Of a stretch of DNA of 34,024 nucleotides, positions 16,305-24,761 are shown piece by piece; the stretch's first letter is position 1, and each line of letters opens with the position of its first letter. Both the position numbers and the translations under genes were made by a program. Origin of the DNA: a virus (lineage: Duplodnaviria; Caudoviricetes); IMG/VR virus record IMGVR_UViG_3300043391_000122, positions 1 to 34,024 of that record, one strand, 5' to 3'. The notes under the pieces are model-generated. The model was not told the origin of the DNA. It worked only from the letters and a program-made list of their open reading frames with translations, and ran no database searches.

Positions 16305-17507
16305 TTATACCGCGGAACCGTTAGCCAAAGCGGCTGCAAATGTTCCGTAAACGATTGATTGAGTTGTGTAAACTGCCAAAGCAATTCTCTCCTCAACGCG
16401 TACGGTTACAAAGTTCTTAGTTACGTTATCTGCGTCTTGCTCAAAGAACTCAAGAGTTACGCCCTGACGTACGAACAACTGGGAACCAAGTGCAAAGTCA
16501 CCAACAAAGAAATCGCCAGCAACAACGCCATTGATTGCGTAAACTGGAACACCAAGGATAAACATTTGACCGCCTGACATAGTAACATAAGTCGGCAAAA
16601 TGTAGCTTCCTGTGCTTTCTTTAGTGGAAACCAATTGCAAATAATCAGATGGGTTAATCATGATTGCGTTTGGCGCGTATTCGTTTTTAGTTGTTTGAAC
16701 AACCGCAGAGGCCAAAACGTCAAATCTGTTGATTAGAGTACCGAATTTAACAGTAGTCCAAGCTGATCCGTCAGTTGCAAAACCATTCAAGTTTTGACCA
16801 ATACCGCTTCCGTACAAAAGTTGCGTATCTTCAACGTTCAACAATTTGCTTGGCGCACGGCTAGAAAGGTAAGCGATAAGACCAGGAGTGTCGTCCAACA
16901 TCTCTTTTGTCAATCGCATGAAAGTAGGGATTGTACGGATGCTACGATCTACCGCAGTCAAATCGAAATCGGATTGAGGCTTTGCAGAACCTTGAGCGGT
17001 TGGAGCCGCAGCGTTGTCGTAAGCTGACTCACGCACGAAACGGATAAGGTTAGAGCTAGTCTGTCCAACTGGCAACAATTGACGAACGTTAACCTTACGG
17101 TTAGGAACAAACTTTAGATCAGGAACGCGGTCCGCTGGGATAACTTCGCCAGTATAAGCGTTTCCAACTGTCATGTCAGCGCCTTTTAATTCAAGGTCCA
17201 ACTTTACTTTGTTAGCGTTTCCGCTTTTGTAGTTTCCGAATGCGTCAGAGTTAAAAGCTTTCTCTAGTTCGCTAGAAAAAGAATAACTTTTAGCAGACTT
17301 AGAGAAACTAGCCTGGGTGCGTGCATCTACGCCGTCCAACTGCGCTTGCAAAGCGTCAGCTTTTTCGTTTAACTTAGCGGTCTCGGCAGAAAGGTTTTTT
17401 CTGAACTCTTCGCCCGCTTCTTTCATAGCCTTTACGTCGGAAATCAACGCCTCGTTGCCTTCCAATTTCGCAAGTACTGAATCTAATTGTGATTTAATTG
17501 CTTCCAT
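16305..17507 (-). CDS. Major capsid protein, HK97 family
   Basis: N-terminal coiled-coil delta domain, EMLDD, QLLYGSG, LGVPV, GDF and F.KN.V.VR.EER motifs. Confidence 0.95.
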   Translation of the reverse strand: MEAIKSQLDSVLAKLEGNEALISDVKAMKEAGEEFRKNLSAETAKLNEKADALQAQLDGVDARTQASFSKSAKSYSFSSELEKAFNSDAFGNYKSGNANKVKLDLELKGADMTVGNAYTGEVIPADRVPDLKFVPNRKVNVRQLLPVGQTSSNLIRFVRESAYDNAAAPTAQGSAKPQSDFDLTAVDRSIRTIPTFMRLTKEMLDDTPGLIAYLSSRAPSKLLNVEDTQLLYGSGIGQNLNGFATDGSAWTTVKFGTLINRFDVLASAVVQTTKNEYAPNAIMINPSDYLQLVSTKESTGSYILPTYVTMSGGQMFILGVPVYAINGVVAGDFFVGDFALGSQLFVRQGVTLEFFEQDADNVTKNFVTVRVEERIALAVYTTQSIVYGTFAAALANGSAV

Positions 17508-17513
17508 TTTGTT

Positions 17514-18227
17514 TTAGATAAATTTTTTGAGTTTAGGTATATATTCGAACTCTAAAGCCATTGACAAAGTCGGGTCTTGTACGGTGGTGAATTGACTTGC
17601 GTCGGATTCTACGGCCAAAACTGATTTAGTGTTCAATGCCTTTAAATGTTCTTGAATTTGCTTTAATCCGATCTCAAGTTGAATCATTGATTCGTCGGTA
17701 AGGTTGCCGTTTCTAAGAATGCCGCAAAACTTGGCAATCATGTCCTCGGTCTTTGGTTTGTCCCATGATTTCATGGATTCAATTGGCGTGTTTGCGTTTG
17801 CTCCCCAGGTAACGGTTGAACCCTCCCAAAGTTTAATCTCTCTAATCTCTCGATAACCAGCCTTATTGTCGCTCTTTACAATTTCAAAGCCAACGCTATG
17901 CTCGTTAAAAACGCCCTCTTTGTAAAGCTTTATTACGTCTTTGCCGTAGCTGGTTTCGGTAATCTTTGAGGTAAAGCGCAATCCTTTACCGTCTTCCATT
18001 AACTCCATAGGTTTTGCCAATGGCATCAAAGGATTATGCTGGAGTAAGTGCATGATTCGATTGCGGCCTTGCGGTCCGTTTTCGGCAACTGTCTTTTTGT
18101 AAGAGCCTGAAACAATTACATCGCCGTCAGAATCAATATTGTTAAACGCGGAAAAATATCCCGTAACGATTCCTTTAACGTCGTCGACGTCCTCAATTAT
18201 TCCCTCGCTTAAATTCTTGTAAATCAT
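17514..18227 (-). CDS. HK97-family prohead protease
   Basis: GYFSAFNNIDSDGD, LLQH, SVGF and LWEGSTVTWGAN motifs. Confidence 0.93.
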   Translation of the reverse strand: MIYKNLSEGIIEDVDDVKGIVTGYFSAFNNIDSDGDVIVSGSYKKTVAENGPQGRNRIMHLLQHNPLMPLAKPMELMEDGKGLRFTSKITETSYGKDVIKLYKEGVFNEHSVGFEIVKSDNKAGYREIREIKLWEGSTVTWGANANTPIESMKSWDKPKTEDMIAKFCGILRNGNLTDESMIQLEIGLKQIQEHLKALNTKSVLAVESDASQFTTVQDPTLSMALEFEYIPKLKKFI

Positions 18228-18280
18228 TGCGTCTTTTTTTGTAAAAATAAAAAGGTTGAAAAAAAATGCAAACCAATAAA

Positions 18281-18859
18281 TTATTGGTTAATGAAATGCA
18301 TTGCTTTTGCCTCGCTATCCTCAAAGATACTTGTATAATTTTTATAACCGCCCTCAATGTCGCTTTCGCTTGGTCGCTGATATGACAAAAAAGGTACGCA
18401 AATATAAGAGTTGCCTTTAGGGTGGACCTTTGTCCTAAAATGTTCGTCAATTGGCACGTCCAAATCCAATTGGGCCATTTCTTTTGCAAACCGATACGAG
18501 TACAAAATTCCGTGCGTTGTCCACGATCCATAAGTGCGGACCAATCCCTTGGTTACGCGGTCAAGCCGTGAATCTTTTATATTGGCACCAAGCATTAACA
18601 TATCCCAGTCCCCGGGCAAGTCATTTATTGCGTCCTGTAAATTAGTTGACCAACCCCGGTACGTTGCATCGTCTTCAAAAATTAAAACGTCGCCCTCGCA
18701 TTCTTGAAAAATCTTTTTAAATGTTTGCCATAATCCAAGCCAACCCCATTCATGTTTAATTGCGCTTACCCTTTCCAAATTAAAGTGAGGCGCCAGCTCT
18801 TGCATTGACGCGCGCCATTTGTCTTTGCGGTAATCTAAGTTAATAACGTAGGCAATCAT
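18281..18859 (-). CDS. Glycosyltransferase family 25-like
   Basis: YVINLD.RKD.W N-terminus, LIFEDDA, WDML.LG and PID motifs. Confidence 0.82.
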   Translation of the reverse strand: MIAYVINLDYRKDKWRASMQELAPHFNLERVSAIKHEWGWLGLWQTFKKIFQECEGDVLIFEDDATYRGWSTNLQDAINDLPGDWDMLMLGANIKDSRLDRVTKGLVRTYGSWTTHGILYSYRFAKEMAQLDLDVPIDEHFRTKVHPKGNSYICVPFLSYQRPSESDIEGGYKNYTSIFEDSEAKAMHFINQ

Positions 18860-19647
18860 TTACGCATTGGTAAGCCGTCGGCATCTCGCATGATTCTAAA
18901 TACAACCTTGCAGCGGCAATTACATATTTGGTCGGCACCAGCACCTTGGGAGCCGTCGCCTGGTTGTCGCATATCATTACCGCCAACAATAAAGTTTTGG
19001 TCGAACGGAATCCAATCCTTTGCCCTCATTTCTGCATGGTCAGGACGCGTGCGCGTGTCAGTCGCTGGAATCCATTTTTTTTCATACATAAAATCAGAGG
19101 TTGCAGCCGATTGCATAGCCGCGTTATTGGTAGCTATGACCATCTCAGTCCTGGCAATTAACTTGGCGCGGTTGCTAAATATTACCGCAATGGTTTCTTG
19201 GATATTACGCGCTATTTCTAGCGCGCCAAGGCCCTCATTTAATCCGCCAAGTACAATGGCTCGGATTATCTTTTGGCTAGTCTCGTTAATTTGTATTAAT
19301 GTTTGCGGCAAATTCCTAACTGCAAACAATCGCATAAAGTCACGCCATCCAGCGCGTAAAACTTCTTTTGTTGCTTTTGTTGGCGGTTGTATTGCATTAT
19401 ACATAGCCTCGGCGTATGCCGTGCCAGCCACAACGTAAAGGCTTTCTAAAGTGTCAGCCAAAGGCGCTGGAGTTATTAAATCAAAGCGGTTAATATTTCC
19501 GTCAGCTTGTTTAATTGCATCCAAATAAGGTTGCATTTGCTTTTTAAGAGCGGTAAATATTTGCTTTTCGTATCGCCTTTCATATCGCCTTTGCAATGCA
19601 TCTAGTTGATTTGCAAGTGCTAAATCCTTTTTAGTTGGGTTGGGCAT
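18856..19647 (-). CDS. Head morphogenesis protein (Mu gpF / SPP1 gp7-like)
   Basis: RAKLIARTE, KKW...DTRTRPDH and NCRC motifs. Confidence 0.9.
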   Translation of the reverse strand: MPNPTKKDLALANQLDALQRRYERRYEKQIFTALKKQMQPYLDAIKQADGNINRFDLITPAPLADTLESLYVVAGTAYAEAMYNAIQPPTKATKEVLRAGWRDFMRLFAVRNLPQTLIQINETSQKIIRAIVLGGLNEGLGALEIARNIQETIAVIFSNRAKLIARTEMVIATNNAAMQSAATSDFMYEKKWIPATDTRTRPDHAEMRAKDWIPFDQNFIVGGNDMRQPGDGSQGAGADQICNCRCKVVFRIMRDADGLPMRK

Positions 19648-21007
19648 AGTCTCCCATATTGTCTATGTTGTCAACTTCTGACGCTTGAAACTCGGCCAAA
19701 GTCATTAACCCTTGCGGAATAAATGGCTGCTCCATTAATGTGTTTTCGTACTCGCCGTAGTTCATGGCCGCGCGCTTTTCGTTTGGAGTTAACCACCAAG
19801 CCGCCGACAATTGATTTACGAGCTTATCCATATCGTCTTGCATTTCAGGATAAGCCATGTAATCAAAATCCAAGAATAGATTTTTATTACCGTACGATTC
19901 CAAAAGCCAGTTATTAAGCACGTCCCTAATTTCAATATGCAACGGACGGACAACGTTATTAATTAGCGCCTTGTAAGCCGTTTCGGTATTGTTAAACGTG
20001 CTTGCCTCAGTATCGCCAAGTAACTTAGCATCGACGCCGTAAACGCGGCATAATGACCTTAAAATTACTTTTTGCGTGTCAATAATTGACATATCAACGG
20101 CATTCATTCCCATTTGCACCCAAGACAATTTTGCTGGCGTAATAATTACGTCGCCAGCGCGGTTGGCGCCCTGGTAATTGGATTTATAATCCTCTTTAAG
20201 ACCTTGCGCTTGTTCGCGTGTAATGTTTACCGTTCCATCGCCTGTAAGAATACCACGCGCTCCCATGTTTTGAAGCATAGACAAAAGCGCCTGTTTGCCA
20301 TCGTTTGATGTGGTTAGATCGCGGACCGCGGACCGCAAAGGTGAGGCGCCGTAAAGGTGGTTAGCCGTTCCAGCCGTGTAACTTAAATTAATGTTTTTAA
20401 GGTGTCCAACATTATTGGCATTTATGCGCTCGTAACCGTTATAAGTTAATCGGTACTCCTTAATTGGTTGGTTTAAACCGCCGCTTATAATTTCCATGAA
20501 TTGCGCTGGCAAAGAATACAACGCAATAATTGGCGCGTTTGGTTGCTCGCCACGTCTAGCGCCATAAATGTAGGCGTTGCCAGTTATTAAACGGAATGCG
20601 GCAATTTCTTTTAAAAGATTGTCCCAAGTTTGGAACTCGTTTGGCTTTTTAAATAGACGGTCTAACTCAGGAATGCTGACCTCTTCAAGTGCCCTAGCTT
20701 TGTATTGTTGAGCCTGGAACTTGGCGCCTGAATTGTCAAACGACTTGCTCATTGATTTGTAGTACTTTAAAGCCTTTTGATCCTTTACCTCATAGACTAC
20801 AATCGGCGCCGTGCTTACCTTGTTGATGATTAGGTTTATAATGGCGTAAAGGTCAGAGTTTAAATAAAGGCCTTTTTCGATAAAATTTTGCGTTGTTGGT
20901 GCGGTCCAAATAACGTTATTACCCAAGTAAGGGAAAACCGCGTTTAAATAGGTCGAATCTTTTTGGTTTAAACCTAGCGCGGTTTTTATTCTATCTAAGT
21001 AATTCAT
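19631..21007 (-). CDS. Portal protein, HK97 family
   Basis: PNEFQT, GNAYI, YGASPL, YGV...LG, TFNN and LTPNEKR motifs, downstream of the terminase. Confidence 0.93.
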   Translation of the reverse strand: MNYLDRIKTALGLNQKDSTYLNAVFPYLGNNVIWTAPTTQNFIEKGLYLNSDLYAIINLIINKVSTAPIVVYEVKDQKALKYYKSMSKSFDNSGAKFQAQQYKARALEEVSIPELDRLFKKPNEFQTWDNLLKEIAAFRLITGNAYIYGARRGEQPNAPIIALYSLPAQFMEIISGGLNQPIKEYRLTYNGYERINANNVGHLKNINLSYTAGTANHLYGASPLRSAVRDLTTSNDGKQALLSMLQNMGARGILTGDGTVNITREQAQGLKEDYKSNYQGANRAGDVIITPAKLSWVQMGMNAVDMSIIDTQKVILRSLCRVYGVDAKLLGDTEASTFNNTETAYKALINNVVRPLHIEIRDVLNNWLLESYGNKNLFLDFDYMAYPEMQDDMDKLVNQLSAAWWLTPNEKRAAMNYGEYENTLMEQPFIPQGLMTLAEFQASEVDNIDNMGDYAQPN

Positions 21008-21063
21008 TCCGTTTTCTTTTTTTGTAAAAATAGGGTAATAAAATAAAAAAATGATTCAATATT

Positions 21064-22281
21064 CTAAACGTGCCAAAATTCTTGGCCACTTACCATTAAT
21101 TCAGTAAATCCCCAAACCATTGCATCGACGCGGTCAGGTGATTTGCCTTTGTCGGGTTCAAAGGTAACCATTTGATTTTCTAGTATTGGAAAACTGCCAA
21201 CATGGAAAATTTTGTGTTGCTCATAAAGCGAATAGATTGGCTCCGCCCTTACATACTTGCCCTTAGTTGCCGTCACAAGCTTAATTCTTGCGGTCGTATT
21301 TTGCGACCGCAAAACGCTTTCAACCATGTCACCGCCTTGGTTTTTTTCTGCAACTATGCAATCGGCATTCCAATTTTTAAACGCTTGCAATGAGACGGTT
21401 GCCCATTCCGTTGGCGAATATTTACCGCTTAGGTCCTCGAGTACATATCCCTTGCCGTTGGCATCCGTACCGCAAACAATTATACCAGTCTCGTCGCTAT
21501 TCATTGAGGCCGTTGTTGCTGGATCAATGGCAACCACAATGCGTGACAATTCAGGCTTTGCGCTGACCCTTGCGCGTTCAATTATCGGCCTATTCCAAAG
21601 CAATCCCTCGGCATCGTCTAGCCATTTGCCTAAAAATAAATGCTCGTAACGGTGGAGGTTTTCTTGCTCAACGCGCTTTGCCTGGTCAATAAATGACTGG
21701 CTTAAATTCTGTTTGTTGTCTAAGTAAGTCGTATGTATGTAGCTAGTATCGTCGCGCGTATGCTTTACAAATCGGCCATAAATCCAATGGCTTTTATACG
21801 ATGGATTCATTACTAAAATAACGCGGTTTGGCTTGTTTACAACACGAATAGATAAGTCGATGCGGTCAAAAACATCCTCATCCATTAACTCCTCCGATTC
21901 GTCAAGAATAAAAGTAGTAACGCCAGCGATTGATTTGAGGTTAGCCGTTGCCGTCCCTTGGCTGGTCTTAATGCCACGAAATAAAATCTTTGAGCCTGTC
22001 GCTTTGTTAATGATTTCGGACTGTGTTATTTCAAAATCGTCCAACTTATTCATCAACTCAATTTTATCGATGAATTCAGGAATAATTGAAATAAAAGCCG
22101 AGGTTAAAGTCCAACGCGTGAATAAAATAACGTGGCCTTCCTCATAAGTCAGGTTTAAAAGAAACATCGACAATGTCCAAGATTTACCCGAGCCGCGTCC
22201 GCCAGTAATTAGGAAATAACGCGTTTTAGGCGTTTCTAAAAATAAAGGTTTGTATTTATCTAGTAACTTTATTGATTCCAT
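21064..22281 (-). CDS. terL: Terminase large subunit
   Basis: Walker A GGRGSGKS, Walker B FILDE, MNP coupling motif, and nuclease motifs AIDPA and PDRVDA. Confidence 0.95.
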   Translation of the reverse strand: MESIKLLDKYKPLFLETPKTRYFLITGGRGSGKSWTLSMFLLNLTYEEGHVILFTRWTLTSAFISIIPEFIDKIELMNKLDDFEITQSEIINKATGSKILFRGIKTSQGTATANLKSIAGVTTFILDESEELMDEDVFDRIDLSIRVVNKPNRVILVMNPSYKSHWIYGRFVKHTRDDTSYIHTTYLDNKQNLSQSFIDQAKRVEQENLHRYEHLFLGKWLDDAEGLLWNRPIIERARVSAKPELSRIVVAIDPATTASMNSDETGIIVCGTDANGKGYVLEDLSGKYSPTEWATVSLQAFKNWNADCIVAEKNQGGDMVESVLRSQNTTARIKLVTATKGKYVRAEPIYSLYEQHKIFHVGSFPILENQMVTFEPDKGKSPDRVDAMVWGFTELMVSGQEFWHV

Positions 22282-22661
22282 TACTCGGTTTTAAGCCATT
22301 GAATTGGCGGAGTTACCTTATCGCCAAGACTTGTAACGTCTACCGATTGCTTATCGGTCCAATTAAATCTATTTTTCATATTCATGTACCAGCCAGTATA
22401 ATTAAAGTCTCTGTTTTCCAAGTTTTTACGACCTGACTTTGACCACCAAGCTTCAGAAATTAGCTTACCCATTTTTATGGTTTCCGAAAATTGCTCCTCT
22501 TCTTTAATCCAACGGTCCCAAAGGTCATTAGAAAACGAGCCACGCCATTGATAAATTAAAGCTTTAATTTCAACGTCAGAGGCCCCCTCCTCATAAAGGC
22601 TAAGTATTTTATTATACCAATCTTGTGGTAAATCAAAGATTTCTTTTGGTCGTCCGCTCAT
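22281..22661 (-). CDS. terS: Terminase small subunit (putative)
   Basis: Begins MSGRPK, ends [11 protein letters not shown], and overlaps the terL start. Confidence 0.75.
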   Translation of the reverse strand: MSGRPKEIFDLPQDWYNKILSLYEEGASDVEIKALIYQWRGSFSNDLWDRWIKEEEQFSETIKMGKLISEAWWSKSGRKNLENRDFNYTGWYMNMKNRFNWTDKQSVDVTSLGDKVTPPIQWLKTE

Positions 22662-22665
22662 GTTA

Positions 22666-22673
22666 CAAAGTTA
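22666..22673 (-). promoter_or_regulatory. -7 promoter element 4 nt before terS ATG
   Basis: TAACTTTG-TAAC-ATG matches TAnnTTTG. Confidence 0.6.
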
Positions 22674-22692
22674 AAAAAAAGTCTAACCGAAA

Positions 22693-23253
22693 TTAGACCC
22701 TATCAAAAACCATTATCGTGTATCCAAACCAAGACGCATTTGTTGCGGCCTTTCTTATCTTTTCGCTATCGTTAAAATTAAATTTAAAACCGCGGTCCTC
22801 AACTTGGCCAATAATGTAGTTGTTATTTCTGCAATTAACGTGTCCGTCTCCATCTTGACCCTCAATTGCCCAGCTTATAACCAAATGCTTTTTGGCGTGC
22901 TTGCAAATGTTGTCGATAAATTGCTGCTCAAATTCCGCTGGGATATGCTCGCCGACTTCAAGCGACAAAACAACGTCAAACATTTTACGCAAATAAAACG
23001 GCTTGGATAAGTCCAACACCTTGCCAATTCCATCGCTTAGCGTTTCTGTATTTGGGTTTCCGTCGTATGCCTCAATTTTGTAACCTTCAGCTTTAAAAGC
23101 TTTAACATAGTCACCCATACCACAACCAAAGTCGACAACTGTCTTGGCTTGTTTTTCTGCTAAATAATTGGACAAAGCTTCGGCAATACTTAGATCGTGA
23201 ATGTGACCAGTTGCGTCCGTTGTCTCCCAAAAACCCAAATTGTTTATTTTCAT
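22693..23253 (-). CDS. Class I SAM-dependent methyltransferase
   Basis: VVDFGCGMG motif I and FDVVLSLEVGEHI. No DPPY/NPPY or PCQ DNA-MTase motif. Confidence 0.88.
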   Translation of the reverse strand: MKINNLGFWETTDATGHIHDLSIAEALSNYLAEKQAKTVVDFGCGMGDYVKAFKAEGYKIEAYDGNPNTETLSDGIGKVLDLSKPFYLRKMFDVVLSLEVGEHIPAEFEQQFIDNICKHAKKHLVISWAIEGQDGDGHVNCRNNNYIIGQVEDRGFKFNFNDSEKIRKAATNASWFGYTIMVFDRV

Positions 23254-23268
23254 ATTTTTCTAAATTTT

Positions 23269-23300
23269 AAAAAAAAGCTTGAGCAAAACCCAAGCCTTTT
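23269..23300 (-). terminator. Rho-independent terminator
   Basis: GGCTTGGGT-ttt-GCTCAAGCT followed by a T-tract. Confidence 0.7.
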
Positions 23301-23325
23301 AAACATCAACAAAAACCCAAAATAA

Positions 23326-23574
23326 CTACATTAATATGATTGTTTGGCCAGTTGGCTCGCCAGTAAAACTGCAAAGTTTGCCGTTCCATTCAAAGCGCAC
23401 CTCTTTTTCTCTGCCCTGATATGACGCGGCCAGCGTTCTAATTTGTCGTTGCACTAATTCGATGCATTCAAATTTACCCTTGCCTTTGTTAGACCAAGGC
23501 GACCATTGTCCGTCCCTTAATCGGTATCTAATTTCCAACGAATAATCCGTTTTAATTGGCGGTATTCTAGGCAT
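23326..23574 (-). CDS. Hypothetical protein
   Basis: ATG ORF overlapping the upstream HTH gene on the coding strand. Confidence 0.7.
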   Translation of the reverse strand: MPRIPPIKTDYSLEIRYRLRDGQWSPWSNKGKGKFECIELVQRQIRTLAASYQGREKEVRFEWNGKLCSFTGEPTGQTIILM

Positions 23575-23770
23575 CTTTTTGTCTAATTACAACCTCTAAG
23601 CCAATTGCCTCGCAAATTTGTCTAAGCCTGTTTAAGCTTATGGATTCCCAGCCGTTTTCTACCTGGTTAATTGGAGCCAAAGACAGTCCGATTTTGTCGG
23701 CCAATTGCTCCTGGGTGTAGCCAGCGGCTTTGCGTGCTTTTCGTATAAACAATCCTTCGTAAATGCTCAT
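23567..23770 (-). CDS. XRE/Cro-family HTH regulator
   Basis: IRKARKAAGYTQEQLADKIG...INQVENG. Confidence 0.9.
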   Translation of the reverse strand: MSIYEGLFIRKARKAAGYTQEQLADKIGLSLAPINQVENGWESISLNRLRQICEAIGLEVVIRQKDA

Positions 23771-23791
23771 TTAATAGCTTTTTTTAATTTG

Positions 23792-23882
23792 CAGTAAGTA
23801 CCGGGTTCGAACCGGTGACGTGAACCCTGCCCGGGTAACCTAGGCCGCTTGGTCTTTCTTGTGGCATATTCACTAACTTACT
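23792..23882 (-). ncRNA. tRNA-like RNA (acceptor stem and T arm intact, no canonical anticodon arm)
   Basis: AGTAAGT/ACTTACT 7-bp stem, U8A9, and ACCGG-TTCGAAC-CCGGT T arm. Intergenic, with a promoter just upstream. Confidence 0.65.
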
Positions 23883-23893
23883 TAATATTTAGG

Positions 23894-23901
23894 CAAATAT
23901 A
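23894..23901 (-). promoter_or_regulatory. -7 promoter element upstream of tRNA-like RNA
   Basis: TATATTTG with a TTG 17 nt upstream. Confidence 0.7.
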
Positions 23902-23941
23902 GGATTCCGATAATAATACAAGTAATAAAGGTGATTTTTGT

Positions 23942-24283
23942 TTAAAACGGCAATAAATTATAAATCCCCATTTGTATAAATTCGTCGCCTTTGTCAACTA
24001 GGCATTTGCGAACATTTAACTCGAAAACGTTTTTATCGTTAAATCCATATTTCTTTTGCGCGATATCCATAAGCAATTTAACTGGGTTGTCTAAATCGCT
24101 GGCTTGGTTGCTAAAGCCAAAGAAAAATTCAACTCTAAGCATTTGCGCTGGGTCCACCTTGGACGCTGGCATACGCAAAAACATTGCCTTCTCGTAATCT
24201 TTGTATGCTGGCGTTTTATACCGCTTACCTTGCCAGGCTAAATTGACGCTTAAAGGCTTTTCGTTAATTTTAAACTGGATCAT
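23942..24283 (-). CDS. RusA-like Holliday junction resolvase
   Basis: PLSVN...DLDNPVK...D...FND motifs. Confidence 0.82.
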   Translation of the reverse strand: MIQFKINEKPLSVNLAWQGKRYKTPAYKDYEKAMFLRMPASKVDPAQMLRVEFFFGFSNQASDLDNPVKLLMDIAQKKYGFNDKNVFELNVRKCLVDKGDEFIQMGIYNLLPF

Positions 24284-24429
24284 TTACATTTTTTGTAAAC
24301 CCAAGACCAGGCCAAAGTCCACAAAGCCAAAGCAACCACAAATAGCAGCAAACTAGAAACCTTTAGCAACGCCAGTAAGGCAATGCCTACTAGCGCCGCA
24401 AAGATTGCGTACAAATCATTTTTTTTCAT
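24280..24429 (-). CDS. Small membrane protein, 49 aa (not in ORF track)
   Basis: MKKNDLYAIFAALVGIALLALLKVSSLLLFVVALALWTLAWSWVYKKCK*. It exactly fills the gap, with an ATGA overlap. Confidence 0.72.
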   Translation of the reverse strand: MKKNDLYAIFAALVGIALLALLKVSSLLLFVVALALWTLAWSWVYKKCK

Positions 24430-24750
24430 TTAGAAAGGTAAGTTATCGTTTTCGACAATGCGTTTCTCTGTCAAATTAACTTTTGCAGATTTTAGCTTTT
24501 CCAAAAGTTCTTGTTGTGTTGGCTGGTTTGCAACTTGTACCGCTTCCTTTTGCCAAACTTGTAAATAGTGGGTTGGCTTACCTTCCACTATTTGTGGCTT
24601 TTCCTTAATGTCTAGGTTTACCCATTCAGCATCGTTGTCGTTTAGGTATTGTAAAAGTCCTTCCAAGTGTTTTCTTGATTGGCTTACTTTCCAAATTTCT
24701 CCAAATTTGGTTTGAACTAGTTTTGCGTTTCCGCCGTAAATTTTTGACAT
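24430..24750 (-). CDS. Putative single-stranded DNA-binding protein
   Basis: Small beta-rich protein with an SSB-like acidic tail (ENDNLPF) in the replication module. Confidence 0.5.
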   Translation of the reverse strand: MSKIYGGNAKLVQTKFGEIWKVSQSRKHLEGLLQYLNDNDAEWVNLDIKEKPQIVEGKPTHYLQVWQKEAVQVANQPTQQELLEKLKSAKVNLTEKRIVENDNLPF

Positions 24751-24761
24751 AGTTGTTTTGT

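Noticed and set aside
18193-18531. Alternate-frame minus-strand ORFs (also 2352-2615, 13164-13400, 32026-32241, 32434-32631)
   Set aside because: They are nested in stronger genes, and where a second copy exists their boundaries are not conserved.
18890-19438. 182-aa plus-strand ORF and other antisense ORFs (e.g. 9871-10251, 10831-11316, 21257-21649, 2302-2643)
   Set aside because: These are shadows of well-supported minus-strand genes, with no recognisable motifs.
20319-20337. Short tandem CGCGGAC repeat (and the C-run at ~2052-2063)
   Set aside because: Both are in-frame coding sequence (LRSAVRD; RGGGV) with no sign of frame disruption.
22693-23253. DNA methyltransferase / restriction-modification system
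   Set aside because: It lacks (D/N)PP(Y/F) and PC motifs, and there is no adjacent endonuclease.
23792-23882. Canonical tRNA or tmRNA
   Set aside because: No anticodon stem-loop or D-loop GG, no G3:U70 pair or tag ORF, and far too short for tmRNA. It is kept as a tRNA-like ncRNA.
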